DNA of 64,000 nucleotides, taken from IMG/VR virus record IMGVR_UViG_3300010403_000705, positions 310,001 to 374,000 of that record. One strand, given 5' to 3'. Each line of letters begins with the position of its first letter. Positions within the stretch are counted from its first letter, which is position 1. Positions 19,298 to 29,604 of this stretch are shown here, piece after piece. Under the pieces are notes generated by a model. It was not told the origin of the DNA. It did not search any database and saw only the letters and a list, made by a program, of their open reading frames with translations. Both the position numbers and the translations under genes were made by a program.

Positions 19298-20005
19298 ATG
19301 ATTTCTAAATCTAAAAAATCTACAATTATTACTTCTTCTAGTGGGGTGGAAGCTAAATCATATGTGCCACTTGATATGATGATGAAGCAATACTCACATC
19401 CATCAACTATAGTCTCAGTCTCTTCAGGATATGAAGTGAGTGGAGGTTTGCGAACAGCCGGTAGCAAAGCTACTGCTAAATTCGAACCCTATGGTGAATT
19501 AAGATCTATGATTGATGAAGTGATTACTAATTCGGTTACTCTTCGTAATCCATTTTTTATGAGGATTCGAGCACGTTTCATGTCTGAGGTAGAATTCATT
19601 AATAACCATGCTTCAGGTACATTGCGCAAAAATGCTAGAGTTGGTTTCGATTATAAAAAACAATTATTACATGAACGGATCGCATTTGATTTTGGGTATG
19701 CCTTTGAAGCAATTCATGAAAGTCATGTCAACTGGGGCTCTCCTTTAACTGAAGGTGATTGTCATGCCATTACCGAAGCGGGTTGGCATATTGATAGATA
19801 CCAATATGTATCTTTTCCTGGAGACGAATTTGAAGCAAAATATCTTAAAATTCATACAGGTCATAGTCGTGATCGTGAGGGCGTGGGAATTATTATTAGA
19901 AAAACATCAGCCCCTTACGTTCCAAATAATTATGTAGTTTTCTCTCTAATTGCAGAAGTTGATACACAGACTCATGATTATATGAATGCTGTAAACCCTT
20001 GCTGA
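19298..20005 (+). CDS. Hypothetical protein
   Basis: 235-aa ORF in operon context. Confidence 0.5.
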   Translation: MISKSKKSTIITSSSGVEAKSYVPLDMMMKQYSHPSTIVSVSSGYEVSGGLRTAGSKATAKFEPYGELRSMIDEVITNSVTLRNPFFMRIRARFMSEVEFINNHASGTLRKNARVGFDYKKQLLHERIAFDFGYAFEAIHESHVNWGSPLTEGDCHAITEAGWHIDRYQYVSFPGDEFEAKYLKIHTGHSRDREGVGIIIRKTSAPYVPNNYVVFSLIAEVDTQTHDYMNAVNPC

Positions 20006-20321
20006 ATAGATATTATTTAATGTTGAAAGTATAACAAAAATGTCTTACGATAAGAAAGAATTAGAATTTCAACCACCCCCATACGATAACACATATCAAA
20101 AACCAAGGTATTTTAAAATTGAAATTTTGGTAGAAGTTCCCTGCGAAGATAAAGATTCTGCTTCCATGAATCATCTCAATTGGTCATCTGGATGTGATGA
20201 GACCTATGCAATGCTTTGTCATGTTACTGATAATGATCATTTACTTGATTATCAAGAAGTAAGCGGGGAATTTTATCATAGACATAAATACGATATTATT
20301 GATGAAGAAGGTGGATTATAA

Positions 20322-20552
20322 ATGACATGTGTAACTCTTGTCTGTAAAGAATGCGGGCACACCGCTCGCCGCCCCTTGATGTCCGAGTCGGGCTCTAGAG
20401 GCATCCACGAGACTTCTAGCGAGCCCGCCCTGTGCCCGTGGGGTCATGGCTTGCTAGCCAGACAAGATGGCTTACGGCAGGAGCGTTGGGCGTCGTGGGC
20501 GCGAGTTGGACATGAGTTTAAGAAGAAACTAATAAGAATTAATGGATTGTAA
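20322..20552 (+). CDS. Small Zn-ribbon-like protein on a GC-rich patch
   Basis: CKECGH...CPWGH; DNA markedly more GC-rich than flanks. Confidence 0.5.
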   Translation: MTCVTLVCKECGHTARRPLMSESGSRGIHETSSEPALCPWGHGLLARQDGLRQERWASWARVGHEFKKKLIRINGL

Positions 20553-21012
20553 TAAATTGTATGTTATGCAAATTTTGTCAAAAAGAAATACTACAAATAG
20601 CCCTTGATAAAAAGGCATGTGAACTCTGTTACCGCTGGATAATAGAACAAATAAAAAATCCCGAATCAGCTTTAGTAAGAGCTTATTTTCGTAATAATAC
20701 AGATTTAGCTTGTATTTCTTATATAAAAAAATTCATTGGTTATGAATTAGAATTAGTTTTTAATTATTATAAAGAAAAAACATTTGTAATGAAATATATG
20801 CTTGATAATGATGATCAAATTATTAAAACCACTAATTTTTTGTCTTTCAATAAAATGATGCCACTTACTCCTGAGTTTTTATCATCTTTTAATGATAAGT
20901 TGCGTTTATGGAATGTTTTATCATAATGTAAACATATATTAAAATATACAATATTTGATAATAAGGTCATACGTGTAAAATTTAAAAATACAATGAGGGG
21001 ATTTATTTTATT

Positions 21013-21567
21013 ATGAACATTTTTATTATTGGACCCTCACGTAGCGCCAAGACTCCTATTGCAAATATAGTAGCTGAAAGATTTAATTTCACACGTATTT
21101 CTGCTTCTGATTGGGTACGTAGCATTTTTGTTTCCTCTAAACCCGTGGTAACAATTGAAGATAAACAGAGAGCTCTAGAAGAAATTACTAGGTTCTCTCA
21201 AGATCTTTTAAAAGAAGACCCTAATCGCTGCATCAATTTTATTAAAGATAAATATCCATGGCATCAATTAGAGTCGCAAAGTTTTTCTGATACATACGTA
21301 TTAGAAGGGTTTAGAAATCCACGCGATTTTTTGACTCTTTTTAATCCGAGATATGATAAGGTAATATTTCTTACTTACCCATCAAGCCCACTCCAGCCTC
21401 TTACTTTTGAAACAGAAGGACTCATTATCATCGAACAAGCAATTGATTGGTTTATTAAATGTGAGATGATGTTATCTTCTTCCAAAATAAAGTTCATCAT
21501 TGGTGACTTTTCTGAAGTAGAAGCAATTGCTAAATTGATAATCGAATGGATTAGTAGTCATGCTTAG
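21013..21567 (+). CDS. P-loop nucleotide-kinase-like protein
   Basis: N-terminal IFIIGPSRSAKT, ISASD, EGFR. Confidence 0.6.
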   Translation: MNIFIIGPSRSAKTPIANIVAERFNFTRISASDWVRSIFVSSKPVVTIEDKQRALEEITRFSQDLLKEDPNRCINFIKDKYPWHQLESQSFSDTYVLEGFRNPRDFLTLFNPRYDKVIFLTYPSSPLQPLTFETEGLIIIEQAIDWFIKCEMMLSSSKIKFIIGDFSEVEAIAKLIIEWISSHA

Positions 21568-21818
21568 CAAACCTATAGTGATTATTATTAATATGGACTA
21601 TAAGAATTATTATAGCCATCGTATTTTTAACTCATCATCGGAAGCTTTCTCCTTTGCTGAGGGTATGGAAGAAGCTTGGAAAATTAGCCACGGACATTAT
21701 AACTGTTGGAAACCACTTGTTCTTTGCTGCCGCTTTGATTATGAGGAATGGCACGACTTAGGCTATCCAGGTAAAGAAATAATTTTAAAATTCTTAGATT
21801 GAAAATAGGATTATTATA

Positions 21819-22334
21819 ATGTTTGTGCATGCAAACCTACCTGTCATTACAGCATATCTTCGTGAAGACGTACTTTATAATATGGATGTAACAAAAGCAG
21901 ATAGCTATGTTGCCTGTACTATTATTGCGGTAAGTAGTTATCCGGGTTCAGTTCCTACTTTTCAAGTTGTGGTAGAAGGCGAAAGCCTATTTTCTTATAT
22001 ACCCCCTCACCTTATAATAAGTAAGAAAAACAAAAATGATAATCCATTGTATAGTCTTTCAGATTTAGTTTATCATAATTGTCCAGCAGCAGAATTTTCT
22101 GTCAATATATTAGATTTCTTAATCGATAAGAAACTACAAGTTTTTCTACGTTCTCAAAAAACTTGGCTTGAAGGAAACTATCAGTTTACTATGGACTGGT
22201 ACTTGGGAAATGATTTGCTTCATTGTGTTACATTAAACAATGGACAATTTGCTTTTATCCCACAACATAAACTTTCGTTAGGTAAACAAGAGTTTAAGGC
22301 ATATCAGAAATTGCGTCAAGACTGGAAAGTATGA
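21819..22334 (+). CDS. Conserved-type phage hypothetical protein
   Basis: ANLP...YLRE..LY, Y.FT.DW, L.NGQFA..P pattern. Confidence 0.55.
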   Translation: MFVHANLPVITAYLREDVLYNMDVTKADSYVACTIIAVSSYPGSVPTFQVVVEGESLFSYIPPHLIISKKNKNDNPLYSLSDLVYHNCPAAEFSVNILDFLIDKKLQVFLRSQKTWLEGNYQFTMDWYLGNDLLHCVTLNNGQFAFIPQHKLSLGKQEFKAYQKLRQDWKV

Positions 22335-22674
22335 GTAGTCTGTGTAAATTTTTTCATCTTAAGAAAAGAAGCATGCCTTATAGTCCATATAGAATTATGT
22401 TTTCTAAAGTAGAAAAAAGATCTTACTGGGCAGTTATTAAGGAACATGTATCAATGTATATGATTAAAACAATTATGTATTTTTGTGGCACCATTCTCTC
22501 TATCATTGGATCATTAGCAGCTATCGTTTGTATGGGTGTACTATATGATTATGGTGACCACAAAAACGTTGGAATTAGAAGTGCTGGTGCAGTTGTATGT
22601 GTGCTATTAGCAATAGGTTTTGGTATTTGCGCATGCCTAGTAATAACTAAATGGCTAGATAGAATGGATTAAAT

Positions 22675-23664
22675 ATGCCCGTAATTAATTGGACTGAAAT
22701 TACATCTTTTCATAACATTAACAAATATGCTAAAAGCGTTCCAGAGATACTTAACCATTATCCATCGGTAATGTATCGGGCTAAAATTAAGCTACATGGC
22801 AATAATGCGGCAATTCAAATTCATTCTGATGATCGCGTTTTGGCTCAAAGTAGAACTACAGAGCTTAGCCCAGGTAATGATTTAGCTGGATTTGCGAAAT
22901 GGGTAGAAGAAAATGCAAGTGCCTGGCGTAATAATGCTTCAGGTCTTATTGTATTTGGTGAGTGGTGTGGGCATGGTATCCAAAGTGGAACAGCTCTCAA
23001 TAACTTACATGAAAAGATTTTTGCTGTTTTTGCTGCACGATGGTTAGATGACGAGGATTCTCTAATCGTAGATCCAGAAGAATTACAAGAGCTTCTTAAA
23101 GGAAAAGACATTCCTGGAATGTATATACTTCCATGGCACAATGATCCAATTGAAATAGACTGGTGCGGCAATGAAAGCTCATTAGATGTTAAGGCTTCGT
23201 TAATTAATGAATGGGTGTTAGCTATTGAACAAAATGATCCCTGGGTAGAGAAGACCTTTAACATTAAAGGTACTGGAGAGGGATTGGTATTCTACCCTAT
23301 ATCTAAACAACACTTGGGTTATAAGAATTATTGTAATTTAGTTTTTAAAGCCAAAGGTGAGGCTCATCGCGTTGTTAAGACTAAGACATCTGTACAGGTA
23401 AATCCAGAAGCTGTGGAAAATAGCAATTTATTTGTAGATATGGTTCTTACCACAGCTCGATTAGAGCAAGGTGTACGTTCTGCTAGTGTAGATGGATCGC
23501 TAACATTTAGTAATAAATTTATTGGAAAATTTATAAATTGGATTCTAAATGATGTGCAAAAAGAAACAACAGCAGAACTAGAAGCCTCTGGATTGCAGTG
23601 GAAACAAGTACAAAAATTACTAGGAGATAAGTCACGTAATTGGTATCTAAGTAAAATGAAATGA
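22675..23664 (+). CDS. RNA ligase, Rnl2 family
   Basis: Motif I KLHGNN, QSR, FGEWCG.GIQ, FAVF, GEGLV, FKAK. Confidence 0.8.
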   Translation: MPVINWTEITSFHNINKYAKSVPEILNHYPSVMYRAKIKLHGNNAAIQIHSDDRVLAQSRTTELSPGNDLAGFAKWVEENASAWRNNASGLIVFGEWCGHGIQSGTALNNLHEKIFAVFAARWLDDEDSLIVDPEELQELLKGKDIPGMYILPWHNDPIEIDWCGNESSLDVKASLINEWVLAIEQNDPWVEKTFNIKGTGEGLVFYPISKQHLGYKNYCNLVFKAKGEAHRVVKTKTSVQVNPEAVENSNLFVDMVLTTARLEQGVRSASVDGSLTFSNKFIGKFINWILNDVQKETTAELEASGLQWKQVQKLLGDKSRNWYLSKMK

Positions 23665-23759
23665 TTAAGTGTATTATATACTTGCTTACAATAATATTAG
23701 ATCTGTAATACCCATCAATCTTATATGGTATGTTAGAAGTTGAAAATAGGAAAAACTAA

Positions 23760-24413
23760 ATGAGCGAATCTATAATAGATAGATGCCAACGACATACAAT
23801 TGCTGTACGCCATACTTTGCTTGGTAAGAACTGGTACAGTGCTTTGGAAGCCATGGAATTTGCGAAAGGATTTCATCAAGGCACCAGAAAAGACAGAATA
23901 ACTCCAGAGTTCTCTCATCAAATAGAGATAGCGGGATTTCTTTTAACGTTATCATCAGCTTTACTATTTCCAGAAGAAACCATTACGGTTTCGTTCTTAC
24001 ATGATTGTCCGGAGGATTACGATATAGGATTCGAAGAACTGGAATCTAAGTTTGGTGCTAAAGTATCTAACGCTACCAAACTACTTACTAAAACTCATCG
24101 AGGGCATAAGCGTAATCCGGATACATATTTCATTGATATGATAAGCGATCCGATTGCTTCTGTTGTTAAGGGAGCCGACAGAATCAATAATCAAAGCACT
24201 ATTGTTGGGGTGTTTTCTAGAGAGAAACAAAATTCTTATATAACAGAAACAGTCCAACAGATCATTCCTATGATCAAATCTGCTAGGAAGAGCTGTCCTA
24301 GGCAATTCAATGTATATCAAAATATTCTTTTTGTGCTGAGAAGCCAACTTGATATGATTCGTGCAATCCATGCCGCACAAGATTCAATGAAAGAAAATAA
24401 AAATGCCGACTAA
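23760..24413 (+). CDS. HD-domain hydrolase, RelA/SpoT-hydrolase (Mesh1/SAH)-like
   Basis: FA...H.G.RKD..TP...H, LHDCPED, LLTK, VKGADRINN. Confidence 0.8.
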   Translation: MSESIIDRCQRHTIAVRHTLLGKNWYSALEAMEFAKGFHQGTRKDRITPEFSHQIEIAGFLLTLSSALLFPEETITVSFLHDCPEDYDIGFEELESKFGAKVSNATKLLTKTHRGHKRNPDTYFIDMISDPIASVVKGADRINNQSTIVGVFSREKQNSYITETVQQIIPMIKSARKSCPRQFNVYQNILFVLRSQLDMIRAIHAAQDSMKENKNAD

Positions 24414-24882
24414 TGCAATTACAACATGTTTGAGGGAACTTCAAAAGTTACTTGGTGTTGAAAAGATCAAAATTACTTATGACTATGATGGTAGAAATTT
24501 TCCACAAAAACCAAATGAATGGTTGTACAATGAGGTTGTTTTGGAGCAAGGAAATCCAACTCCATTTACCCTTGTAAATGAAGAGGCTGGATTAATAATT
24601 GCTCGATGGAATTTACAAGAAATGCCTTCATGTTGTGGCATTGCTATCATGTCAGAGTTTTTTGTTAATCCAAGGAGCAGAAAAACTGGAGTTGGCAAAG
24701 AGATTAGTAAACTCATTCGTTTAATCGCGAAAAAAATGAATTATAGAATCTTATTAGGAACTGATGTAATTACTAATACGTATCATCAACAGTCTTTAAA
24801 AAGAGATAAGTTTAAGAGCTTACTAAAATTTCGCAATAGAAATACTGGTAATAGAATCAATATTTCTGCATCTGTACTTTGA
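24403..24882 (+). CDS. GNAT-fold acetyltransferase-like protein
   Basis: FFVNPRSRKTGVGK acetyl-CoA-binding motif A. Confidence 0.6.
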   Translation: MPTNAITTCLRELQKLLGVEKIKITYDYDGRNFPQKPNEWLYNEVVLEQGNPTPFTLVNEEAGLIIARWNLQEMPSCCGIAIMSEFFVNPRSRKTGVGKEISKLIRLIAKKMNYRILLGTDVITNTYHQQSLKRDKFKSLLKFRNRNTGNRINISASVL

Positions 24883-25556
24883 TAATAAGGAGACTTTATG
24901 TCTGATGATTTATTTGTTCTAGAAGTGAGAAAGTTTCAACCAACTTATAAAATGGTTTTGCTCACTATACATAGTGTTTTAGTGAGTGGTTTTTCATTCT
25001 TATGCTATCCAATTACTAAATTGGTAGAAGTAGTAGGCGAGACTTCTACGTTTGAATTTTACAATAAAAAGTAAAAATAAGATGTCAAGATATAGCCATG
25101 CATTAAGGGATCGAACAGCTACGGCTCTTACCGATTTTGCTACAGGATTGCTTAGAATGTCGGCGTTATTGCCAGGCATGTCGTGTAATATAGTATTATC
25201 TTATGATGATGCGCCCTCTTATACAGATCTAAGAGAAGTAGTTTTGTATGTAGAAAGAGATGACAATGGAATCTATTTCTTCAATGAAACTGAAATCGGT
25301 GACTTAGAACAAGCTACCATGATTTATTCTTTAGCTTGTGCTGAATTAATGAAGACCATTGCAACTGATGAATGGCGAGAAGATCATTTTGAAGAATTAA
25401 GTCTGGCGGCTTTGCCCAAATCAAGTGATGATAATACTGAGATAAGTTTGGAATCATTAGATGAGCTTACTAATCTTCTGAATGAAGAAGATAGCGATAA
25501 TAGTGATGGTGATGAATTAGAAATTATTGAGTATTATAAACCAGAAATTTAAGTAG

Positions 25557-25599
25557 AGTGTGCTTGCTACTCGTGCCAAGGGTAGCAAGCACACTTTTT
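25557..25599 (+). terminator. Intrinsic terminator
   Basis: AGTGTGCTTGCTAC/GTAGCAAGCACACT stem followed by T-run. Confidence 0.8.
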
Positions 25600-25926
25600 G
25601 TTTTTCAGTTTTAGATGGTATGTATAATGCATCATGCAATTAACATGCCAAACTATATCACCTCAAATATTACAGTGTCACTGTAAAACCTCCCATCATC
25701 TAATATGTTGTACTAAAGTAGTGCTGACAAGTTGAAAGCTAGAAGCTGAAACGAATCAGCAAAGTTAGCTAGTTAAAGTAACCCATCGGTTAACGTTAAC
25801 CTAGCTAAGTTAGATAATGAAACAAGGAATAACACCTTGCAAATCCCAAAAGAGATGGAGTAATTCTTCTTCCATTAAAAGAGGGATAATAACAGAACCC
25901 ATAGGGTTCAACATGGAGAGATAAAC

Positions 25927-26382
25927 ATGAGTGACGGTACTTTTTCTTACAATACGCTGAGTGCTTTTGTGGTTCGTGGTGAAGATGGTCGCCTTGATAG
26001 CGATGCGACCGTGGCGAAGTTCGTTGATCGTCTTGCTGAGTGGGAATCGGCAGTTGAGAAGGAGGATTCAGCTATCGCGGCGGCGGTACACGAGGTATTT
26101 GATACCAAGATTGTTAAAGGTGGATCGCTAAATATGGATGCCATCGTAACTTTTGCAATCCCTGCGCTGAATCCAAATTCGGACAACTTTGCGATTCTTC
26201 GTGATCGTATTAAGGATTGGGTTCGTACCAATGCCGATCAGCCTGCTAAGAAGTCCAAGGACGGAAAGACTGTTCTGGTTGAAGCTGAAGCGCCACGTAC
26301 TCGCGCATTCTCTATCGCTAAGGGTAAGGGTGGCGGCGTGCGTCGTTGGGCTGATGTTGCAGTTAAGCCTGACAGCGAGTGA
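25927..26382 (+). CDS. Hypothetical protein, possible DNA-binding (wing-like KGKGGG)
   Basis: GGAG RBS, long structured leader, C-terminal FSIAKGKGGGV similar to VEIKRGAHGGI in the 51583 ORF. Confidence 0.55.
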   Translation: MSDGTFSYNTLSAFVVRGEDGRLDSDATVAKFVDRLAEWESAVEKEDSAIAAAVHEVFDTKIVKGGSLNMDAIVTFAIPALNPNSDNFAILRDRIKDWVRTNADQPAKKSKDGKTVLVEAEAPRTRAFSIAKGKGGGVRRWADVAVKPDSE

Positions 26383-26400
26383 TCATTAGCGGTTCGTTAT

Positions 26401-26438
26401 GATGAGGGGAGGCTGTATTAATACAGCCTCCCCTCATC
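26401..26438. terminator. Perfect 38-bp palindrome
   Basis: GATGAGGGGAGGCTGTATT|AATACAGCCTCCCCTCATC then TGTTTT. Confidence 0.7.
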
Positions 26439-27385
26439 TGTTTTAAGATCATGCAAACATTGAAATGTAATTCATATATGTTTAATCTATCTAAAGACTC
26501 AATTGCTACTGGTACAGCCATGTTGGTTATGGCTCCTTGTATAGCTATTGTAGGGGCAGTAAAGAATCCAAACAGAGCTGAAGCTCTCTCAAATGCTCTA
26601 TTAGTTTTTAGGGCAGGAATTTGTTTGTTGTTTAAAAGAACGATCAAGTAGGATCTTGGATACATAAAATGAAGAATGAATTTTATAATGTTGGTGACTT
26701 GGTGTATAAATCACCTGTCTATTCTGCTGCCTATCCAGCATGGAAAGTGGATAAGGGAGTAGTGCTATCTGTTAAAAAAAGATTGATTAGTGACCAATCT
26801 CTAGGAGCAATTGATCGAGCCTCATATAGAAGTAGATATGGTCACCAAGACAGGTATCCTATTTTTGAACTATTTATATCAACTAATCAAGGCAATTATT
26901 TAGTTAGTCAATTTGGATTTAATAAGGATGGCATTAACAATGAGTAGCAAGAATAATTCTGAGTTGGAAAAAGAGTTTCAAGAGTCACTGCGTACATTTG
27001 GTGTGACTATCCAACGTAAATTACAACTCGCTAATAAAGCGCTTGTAGATGCGGATGCCCATCCAGCAGGTGCTCGAGCATTAAATGAGGCATGTGCATT
27101 AGCTGATGAACATGGCATTCCTTTTCATAGTAAGGTGATTGCCATAGGTAATCATGTTGCTTCCTTGGAAAATAATTATGTTCCAGATTCTTATTTTGAA
27201 AAATTTAATAGTCTAGATCCTAATGAAGTGCAAGAGCTAACAAGCGTAGCTGCATTTGCCTTAAGCAAAGGAACTGTAGAAGATGTAGATGAAGATTGGG
27301 ATGAATCTGAAGAATGGGATTCTTCTGATGAAGGTGATGGTTGGGCACCTTCAAATGTATGCTGGTAAGATGAAAGGAAATTTCA

Positions 27386-28306
27386 ATGATTCTAATTGGT
27401 TCGCGTGCTCTTATGATAAGAGCACCTTATATCCTTAATAGATCGCCTAAAGATTTTGATTGGATATGCACAGAGAAAGAATTTGATCATTGGATAACTG
27501 AACAATCATTTAAAGCACAACCTACAGATGTTTCTGTTATATCTGAGAATAAAAGAATTGTGCGAGGTGCAGTAAATTGTGAGTTTGAAATTATACGACC
27601 AGGGACTAGTTCTGAGCTTTTGCAAAGCTTAGTCTTTGAAGATTCAGAAACAATAGAGACTCCATTTGGATTGGTCCCTAGTCTTGATTTGTTATTTACA
27701 ATTAAATGCTCCCACAGGTATTTAAAGAACTCACCACATTTTTGGAAGAACTTGAGCGACTATCATTTAATGAAAAGAGTCGGTGCTCAAGTAAAAGATA
27801 ATCTTTCAAGTTTTCTTAAACTTAGAGAGAAAGAAACATATACTTATACTCATCCAAAATTAAATACTTCTAGAAAGAATTTTTTTAGTGATGATCAAGT
27901 ATCTTATGTATATGACCATGATTCTATTCACGAAGCAGTAAAACATTTAGATCGCCCAGCATATTCATTTTTCCAAAAAGATGGAGAAGAAGTAGCGTGC
28001 GATAAGAATAAATTTTTTGCTTGTTCTCGTGAAGTACAATTGTATTCTGTGGTAGAGGAGTCTGCTGTATTAGCAATTGAACGCAGTTTGGTTCCTTTTC
28101 CTGGTAAGTGGTCCCCAGAATATGCATGGAGGTTCGCTTTCTCCAAAGTATGCACAAGTATATCTTCTGGATGGTGGAGAGCTTTTGCTTATGATAATGC
28201 TTTGGATTGTCTGAGATTATATCCAGTTGATTATTGGAGTAAATTTCAGAAAGGATTATCTGATGGCTTAGTTAAGCCATTTAACCCATCCGCAAAAGCT
28301 TCATAG
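27386..28306 (+). CDS. Putative phage nucleotidyltransferase-fold protein
   Basis: N-terminal LIGSRA...PKDFD (GS + DxD), YDHDSIHE. Confidence 0.55.
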   Translation: MILIGSRALMIRAPYILNRSPKDFDWICTEKEFDHWITEQSFKAQPTDVSVISENKRIVRGAVNCEFEIIRPGTSSELLQSLVFEDSETIETPFGLVPSLDLLFTIKCSHRYLKNSPHFWKNLSDYHLMKRVGAQVKDNLSSFLKLREKETYTYTHPKLNTSRKNFFSDDQVSYVYDHDSIHEAVKHLDRPAYSFFQKDGEEVACDKNKFFACSREVQLYSVVEESAVLAIERSLVPFPGKWSPEYAWRFAFSKVCTSISSGWWRAFAYDNALDCLRLYPVDYWSKFQKGLSDGLVKPFNPSAKAS

Positions 28307-28354
28307 GCTGGAGTATAAAGATTTTTCAAGAGCCTTAGACTCTTGAAGCAGACT

Positions 28355-28645
28355 TGTTTTATTAAGGCGTTGACGGGCGGTAATGTATATTATTGCCACG
28401 AGCCAAGATGAAATAGGAAATGAATTTTTATAAAATTCATTCAATTATTAGTAGTTATTATTAAGTAGATATGGAATGTATTAATACAAAGTAGTTGGGA
28501 ATATTAAATTAACCTATTATAGAGTGTTAATACATGGTCTTACTCAGTATAGTAAATTCACGTGCGACCATGACTGCCAGGGAAATGGGTGAATGAATTA
28601 CATTGAGCAATACCAAACGTCAAGTTAGTTTAAGATAGTAAAACA
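28355..28645 (+). ncRNA. Putative structured non-coding RNA with possible pseudoknot
   Basis: Closing helices TGTTTTATT/AGTAAAACA and TTGACG/CGTCAA; hairpins GGCGGTAAT/ATTATTGCC, AATGAATTTT/AAAATTCATT, ATGTATTAA/TTAATACAT; CATGGTC/GACCATG crosses the ATTCAC/GTGAAT stem. Confidence 0.5.
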
Positions 28646-28675
28646 TGAATTAATGTGTATTAGTTAAGTTTATAG

Positions 28676-28748
28676 AGTAGAATATTGTATCGGTAGCATA
28701 ACTTGGTTTAAATCCAGGAAAGTACAGGTTCAATTCCTGTTTCTACTT
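28676..28748 (+). tRNA. Atypical tRNA-like gene, anticodon TAA, short variable loop
   Basis: Acceptor AGTAGAA/TTCTACT; anticodon arm CTTGG-TTTAAAT-CCAGG; T arm ACAGG-TTCAATT-CCTGT; weak D stem; no CCA. Confidence 0.6.
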
Positions 28749-28850
28749 TAAATTAATTGATCAATTATTTTAGATGGATGTTCGTTTCATTCACTTGACG
28801 CCAAGAAAATTCAAAATTGATTCAAAATTAAACAGAAGGAATATTGTCTT

Positions 28851-29588
28851 ATGTTCAGAATTGTTCCATACAAGCGTACCAGTGAGTCAGCTAAATTAGT
28901 AGCTCAGAAAATGACCGAGTTAAGTGGAAGGCGTGTTGTTTCTGGAGAAGCAAGTTTAGATCATAGAAATATTTTATGGGGCAATTCAAGTGTACCGCTC
29001 GAAAATCTACAACCAGCAGCAGCTATTGGAATCGCCAAAAATAAGTTAAGCACCTTAGATAAATTAAAAAGTTCGAATGTTTCTATACCAGAATACACAA
29101 CTTCTAAATCTGTTGCTGAGGATTGGGTTCGCAATGGCATTGTTGTGGTAGCTCGCAAACTCTTAAATGGTTCAGAAGGTCGAGGCATTGTACTGTGTCG
29201 GCATCTTCCTTTAGAAGATGCACCTTTATATGTTAAACTAGTTGAGAAAGATAAAGAATTTAGAGTACACGTCTGTAACGGTGTTGCTATTGATTTGCAA
29301 GAGAAGAGACGAAAAAATGGCGCCCGAAACCCTGATGGCACCAGACCAGATGGAATTATTAGAAATATTGATAGCAACTGGGTATTTTGTCGAAACAATA
29401 TTGTTGAGCCACCTGGACTTCGTGTATTAGGTATAACGGCTGTTCAAGCACTTGGATTATTGTTTGGTGCTGTTGATGTAGTGCATAATACTAGAAATGG
29501 TAGTTTGCATGTACTAGAAATTAACACTGCGCCTGGACTATGTGATTCTACTGCGACCAAATATGCTCAGGCGTTTTTAAACCTTTGA
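28851..29588 (+). CDS. ATP-grasp ligase (RimK-like, phiEco32 type)
   Basis: AKNKL, GSEGRGI, KEFRVHV, IRN, FGAVDV, LEINTAPGL. Confidence 0.85.
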   Translation: MFRIVPYKRTSESAKLVAQKMTELSGRRVVSGEASLDHRNILWGNSSVPLENLQPAAAIGIAKNKLSTLDKLKSSNVSIPEYTTSKSVAEDWVRNGIVVVARKLLNGSEGRGIVLCRHLPLEDAPLYVKLVEKDKEFRVHVCNGVAIDLQEKRRKNGARNPDGTRPDGIIRNIDSNWVFCRNNIVEPPGLRVLGITAVQALGLLFGAVDVVHNTRNGSLHVLEINTAPGLCDSTATKYAQAFLNL

Positions 29589-29604
29589 TTGATGGATATG
29601 TTTT

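Noticed and set aside
6158-28567. GTGCGAC at about 6159 and 28562 as group II intron 5' ends
   Set aside because: No domain V/VI or RT ORF nearby; the 7-mer can be explained by local stems or chance
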